A stretch of DNA of 64,000 nucleotides from Vulcanimicrobiota bacterium (GTDB lineage: Bacteria > Vulcanimicrobiota > Vulcanimicrobiia > Vulcanimicrobiales > Vulcanimicrobiaceae): contig CAVTCS010000003.1 of the NCBI GenBank assembly GCA_963733295.1, forward strand, positions 672,001 through 736,000. The letters run 5' to 3'. The position numbers and the translations under genes were made by a program. Each line of letters opens with the position of its first letter. The first letter of the stretch is position 1. Below the pieces are notes generated by a model. That model made no database searches and was not told the origin of the DNA. It saw only the letters and a program-made list of their open reading frames with translations. Below, in pieces: positions 60,991 through 64,000 of this stretch.

Positions 60991-63900
60991 ATGCGTCAGC
61001 CCCTGGTTTCGTTCGCGTCAATCGCGCTTGCTTTGATGCTCGCGCTCTCGAGTTCTTCGCTTCCCGCGCGCGCCGCGAGCGGCGGCATCGTCTACGATTT
61101 GCCGGACATCGGACCCGGCAGCGGCGCGGGGATCGTGTTCGTGGATGCCCTACAGCAAGCGTCCGGTTGGCATAGCGCGACACCCGGCACGCTGCACCTC
61201 GATGCGAGCGGCAACGTTCGCTCGCTTCTTCCGGGGCAAGCGGCCGAACGCACCGTCTATACGAACGAAACCTATCCGGCCGGCGACTACACGTTGCTCT
61301 ACGACGGCGCCGGACGCTTCGACGTCGACGGCGGTTCGATCGTCGCGATGTCGCCTGGCCGTGCGACCATTCGGGTCGGCGCGAACGCGGGTACGGGCCT
61401 TACCTTACGACTGACAGGCACCGATTCGTCGAATCCCGTGCGGAACGTACGCCTCATTCTGCCGGGGTACGAGGCGACGTATGCCGCGCAGCCGTTCGCT
61501 CCGAGTTTCGTGCGCGCGCTCCTCGGGCGTAACGTGTTGCGTTTCGCGCAGTGGATGCACGCCGACACGTTCGTCGCTTCGAATTTTTGGACGCAGCGCC
61601 CACGCGTCGGGCGAGTGACCCAAGTGACGCCGAGCGGCGTGGCGCCCGAATACATGATACTGCTCGCGAACCTGACCGGCGCTTCCCCGTGGTTCACGTT
61701 GCCCGTCGGCGCGACCGACGGGTACGTCGCAAATTTCGCCGCGCTCGTGCACAGCACGCTCGACCCGCGTCTTAGTCCGGTTTTCCAGTACGGGAACGAG
61801 GTTTGGAATCCGGCCGCGCCGGCCAACGGCTACGCTCGCATGGCTGCGCGGAACGTCGGGATACCGGGCGACCCGGCCTCGGCGGCACTCGGATGGTACA
61901 CGCGCCGCTCGGCTCGCGTGCTCTCGCTGGTGCGCCTCGCTTTCGGTTCGAACGCGTCGCGCGTCGTACGCGCGATCTCGGGCCCATTGCCCGCAACGCG
62001 CGACGCAGGCGCACTCGATGCGTTTTTGATCCGTTCGACGAGCGGCGCAATCGACGCCTTTGCGGTTCCCGTGACAAGCCCGGCGGATCTCGCAAGTACG
62101 GCCCGGCTGGCGCTTCTCGCGCATCTCCAGACATACGGCTACGCTGGGCCATCCGCAAGCGTCGCAGCGCCGCAGCCGGCGACTCAGCGGCCGCTGGGGA
62201 ACGCGCGTCTCGTGCTAGGTAGCGATTTGCCGGCGAACGACGAGCGTCAAGCGCGTCCGAAACAGGTGGCCGGCTTCAGCAACGTCCCCCCACTGCACGC
62301 GAAGGACGCGCTTGATCTCGGCGGCAAGCCCGGTCTTAAGGGCGCGCTCGGAGTTCCGCTGCCCCAGGTCGACTTTGCCGGCGAAGGAACGCTCGATTGG
62401 ATCGAGCTCCGCGGCGCTGCAGTCGCGGCTCGCAAAACGTCCGTGCCTCCGCAGCTGAACTCCGTGAGTCTCTCCGGCGGGTCGTTCGGTTTGAGCGTTC
62501 CGGCGGACGTTCGCGAACGGGTCCTTCGCGTCTACGTCTCGGTGGATCGCGCGCAGGGCACGTTGAGCGCAACGCTGGGCAACTCGACGTTCACCGATTC
62601 CTCGCTGAGCTTCCGGACCGGTACGCGAACGGGCGTCTACACGCTGGTTTATCGAGCCGCGACTCCCGGTCAACAGCTGACGGTCCGCTACGCGACGCAA
62701 GCGACGTTCGGGGGAAACGTGTCGGTGCAAGGCGCGACGTTGAACGCAATGCCGTTGGTGGCCAAGACCGTCCCGCCCCGTGACCAAGCGCTCTATCACA
62801 ACGATCTCGTGCGCACCGGGTGGAACCCGAGCGAGTTCACGTTGACCACGACCAACGTCGCATCAGCCAGTTTTAAACTGCAGCAAACGATACCGGTCGA
62901 CGGCGAAGTCTTGGCACAGCCCTTGTATCTCGGCCAGTATTCGATTGCCGGAGGTTTGCACAACGTGCTGCTCGTCGTGACCGAGAACGACAGCGTGTAC
63001 GAATTCGATGCCGATAGCGGAACCGTACTCAACCACGTCAGCCTGGGGACACCGCAAGGTTCCGATTGCAGCGACGTCCAGCCGACCTACGGAATCACCG
63101 CGACGCCGGTCATCAATCGCGCGACCGGCACGATTTACGTCGTCGCGGCGACGGAACCGACCAGCGGCAACCCTGTGATGACCGTCCACGCCCTCGACAT
63201 TGGGACGCTGAGCGACAAGGTCACGCCGGTCGCCATCTCCGCTTCGGTGCTGCTGAACAACGGCAGCACGTTCAGCTTCAATCCGGTATATCAATACAAT
63301 CGGCCGGGTTTGGTCTGGGCAAATAACTCGCTCTACATCTCGATCGGCTCGCACTGCGACTACGATGCCACCCAGATCGCGGGCTGGGTCCTGCGTTACA
63401 ACTCCAGTCTCAGCCAGACAGGCGTGTTCTCTACGATCGGAGACCCACCGGGAACGCAATGCGCCGGTTACGCCCTCTCGAGCGTCTGGATGTCGGGTTT
63501 CGCGCCCGCGGTAGATGCCGCCGGATATCTCTATCTCGTGACCGGAAACGGCGCATTCGACGCCAACGCCGGCGGACACGACTACGGCGAGAGCGTCCTA
63601 AAGCTGAGGCCGGATCTCTCGCAAGTGGTCACCTACTTTACCCCCAGCAACTACAACTCTCTCAACTGCGGTGACGTCGACTTTGGTTCGGGCGGCGTGA
63701 TGCTATTGCCGCGTGGCTCGGTGCCTGCACCGCAGGCCGCCGTCGCCATGGGCAAGGCGTCCCTGCTCTACGTTCTCAACACGCTCAATCTCGGCGGCGA
63801 AAAAGCGAACGATGCCGGAGCGGTCCAGGCGATCCAGCTTCCAGGCGGCGGCCTGTGGGGTGGCCCGGCATTCTATAGCGGACCGACCGGGCAACTCGTC

Positions 63901-64000
63901 TACTACCAAGACGACAGCGACGTGTTACAGGCATACCAAGTCTCCTATACCTCCGGCCCCGCGCAACCGCAGCCGGGCTCGAGCCCCGCGCCCTTCGCGC
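60991..64000 (+). CDS. Large secreted multidomain protein (GH-like TIM barrel + beta-sandwich + PQQ-like beta-propeller), 3' truncated
   Basis: Open frame from ATG 60991 to window end (absent from the ORF track because there is no stop); signal peptide; NP.RNVRLI.PG.E, LRFAQWM, QYGNEVWN; YHNDLVRTGWN..E..LT..NV, YGITATPVI, TGNG.FD, D.DFGSGG. Confidence 0.8.
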   Translation, partial: MRQPLVSFASIALALMLALSSSSLPARAASGGIVYDLPDIGPGSGAGIVFVDALQQASGWHSATPGTLHLDASGNVRSLLPGQAAERTVYTNETYPAGDYTLLYDGAGRFDVDGGSIVAMSPGRATIRVGANAGTGLTLRLTGTDSSNPVRNVRLILPGYEATYAAQPFAPSFVRALLGRNVLRFAQWMHADTFVASNFWTQRPRVGRVTQVTPSGVAPEYMILLANLTGASPWFTLPVGATDGYVANFAALVHSTLDPRLSPVFQYGNEVWNPAAPANGYARMAARNVGIPGDPASAALGWYTRRSARVLSLVRLAFGSNASRVVRAISGPLPATRDAGALDAFLIRSTSGAIDAFAVPVTSPADLASTARLALLAHLQTYGYAGPSASVAAPQPATQRPLGNARLVLGSDLPANDERQARPKQVAGFSNVPPLHAKDALDLGGKPGLKGALGVPLPQVDFAGEGTLDWIELRGAAVAARKTSVPPQLNSVSLSGGSFGLSVPADVRERVLRVYVSVDRAQGTLSATLGNSTFTDSSLSFRTGTRTGVYTLVYRAATPGQQLTVRYATQATFGGNVSVQGATLNAMPLVAKTVPPRDQALYHNDLVRTGWNPSEFTLTTTNVASASFKLQQTIPVDGEVLAQPLYLGQYSIAGGLHNVLLVVTENDSVYEFDADSGTVLNHVSLGTPQGSDCSDVQPTYGITATPVINRATGTIYVVAATEPTSGNPVMTVHALDIGTLSDKVTPVAISASVLLNNGSTFSFNPVYQYNRPGLVWANNSLYISIGSHCDYDATQIAGWVLRYNSSLSQTGVFSTIGDPPGTQCAGYALSSVWMSGFAPAVDAAGYLYLVTGNGAFDANAGGHDYGESVLKLRPDLSQVVTYFTPSNYNSLNCGDVDFGSGGVMLLPRGSVPAPQAAVAMGKASLLYVLNTLNLGGEKANDAGAVQAIQLPGGGLWGGPAFYSGPTGQLVYYQDDSDVLQAYQVSYTSGPAQPQPGSSPAPFA

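Overview
High-GC bacterial chromosomal window. Gene content suggests a diderm Terrabacteria-type lineage such as Ca. Eremiobacterota; this is an untested inference. Layout, left to right: (1) end of a pst phosphate-ABC operon with two pstB, then tdh-kbl. (2) An accessory block at about 6.1-26.6 kb with four paralogous, apparently secreted Gly/Ser/Thr-rich fibre-like proteins (near-constant N- and C-domains, variable middle, mosaic relationships, shared leader motif). These are interleaved with a sugar-modification gene set: RffA, acyltransferase, WbqC, two methyltransferases, PhyH dioxygenase, GtrB-like GT2 and three GT-C-like membrane proteins. (3) A variable region at about 27-44 kb with a candidate structured RNA, a J-domain/TPR protein, an ars operon with an ArsN-ArsC fusion, a decayed peptide-binding protein gene, a LuxR-STAND regulator and a TonB-like protein, ending in an integrase remnant beside tRNA-fMet. 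(4) Core genes: add, DtxR family, rhomboid, DinG, DUF2252, acs, CIRCE-hrcA-dnaJ-rsmE, accD, accA, DivIC-like, RpiR, ppx, and a >1000-aa secreted GH-like/beta-propeller fusion running off the end. Frameshift clusters in tdh/kbl and accD/accA look like sequencing errors. The best candidate for an undescribed system is the fibre-paralogue family plus its embedded glycosylation locus. All family calls come from motif recognition by eye; no database searches were run.
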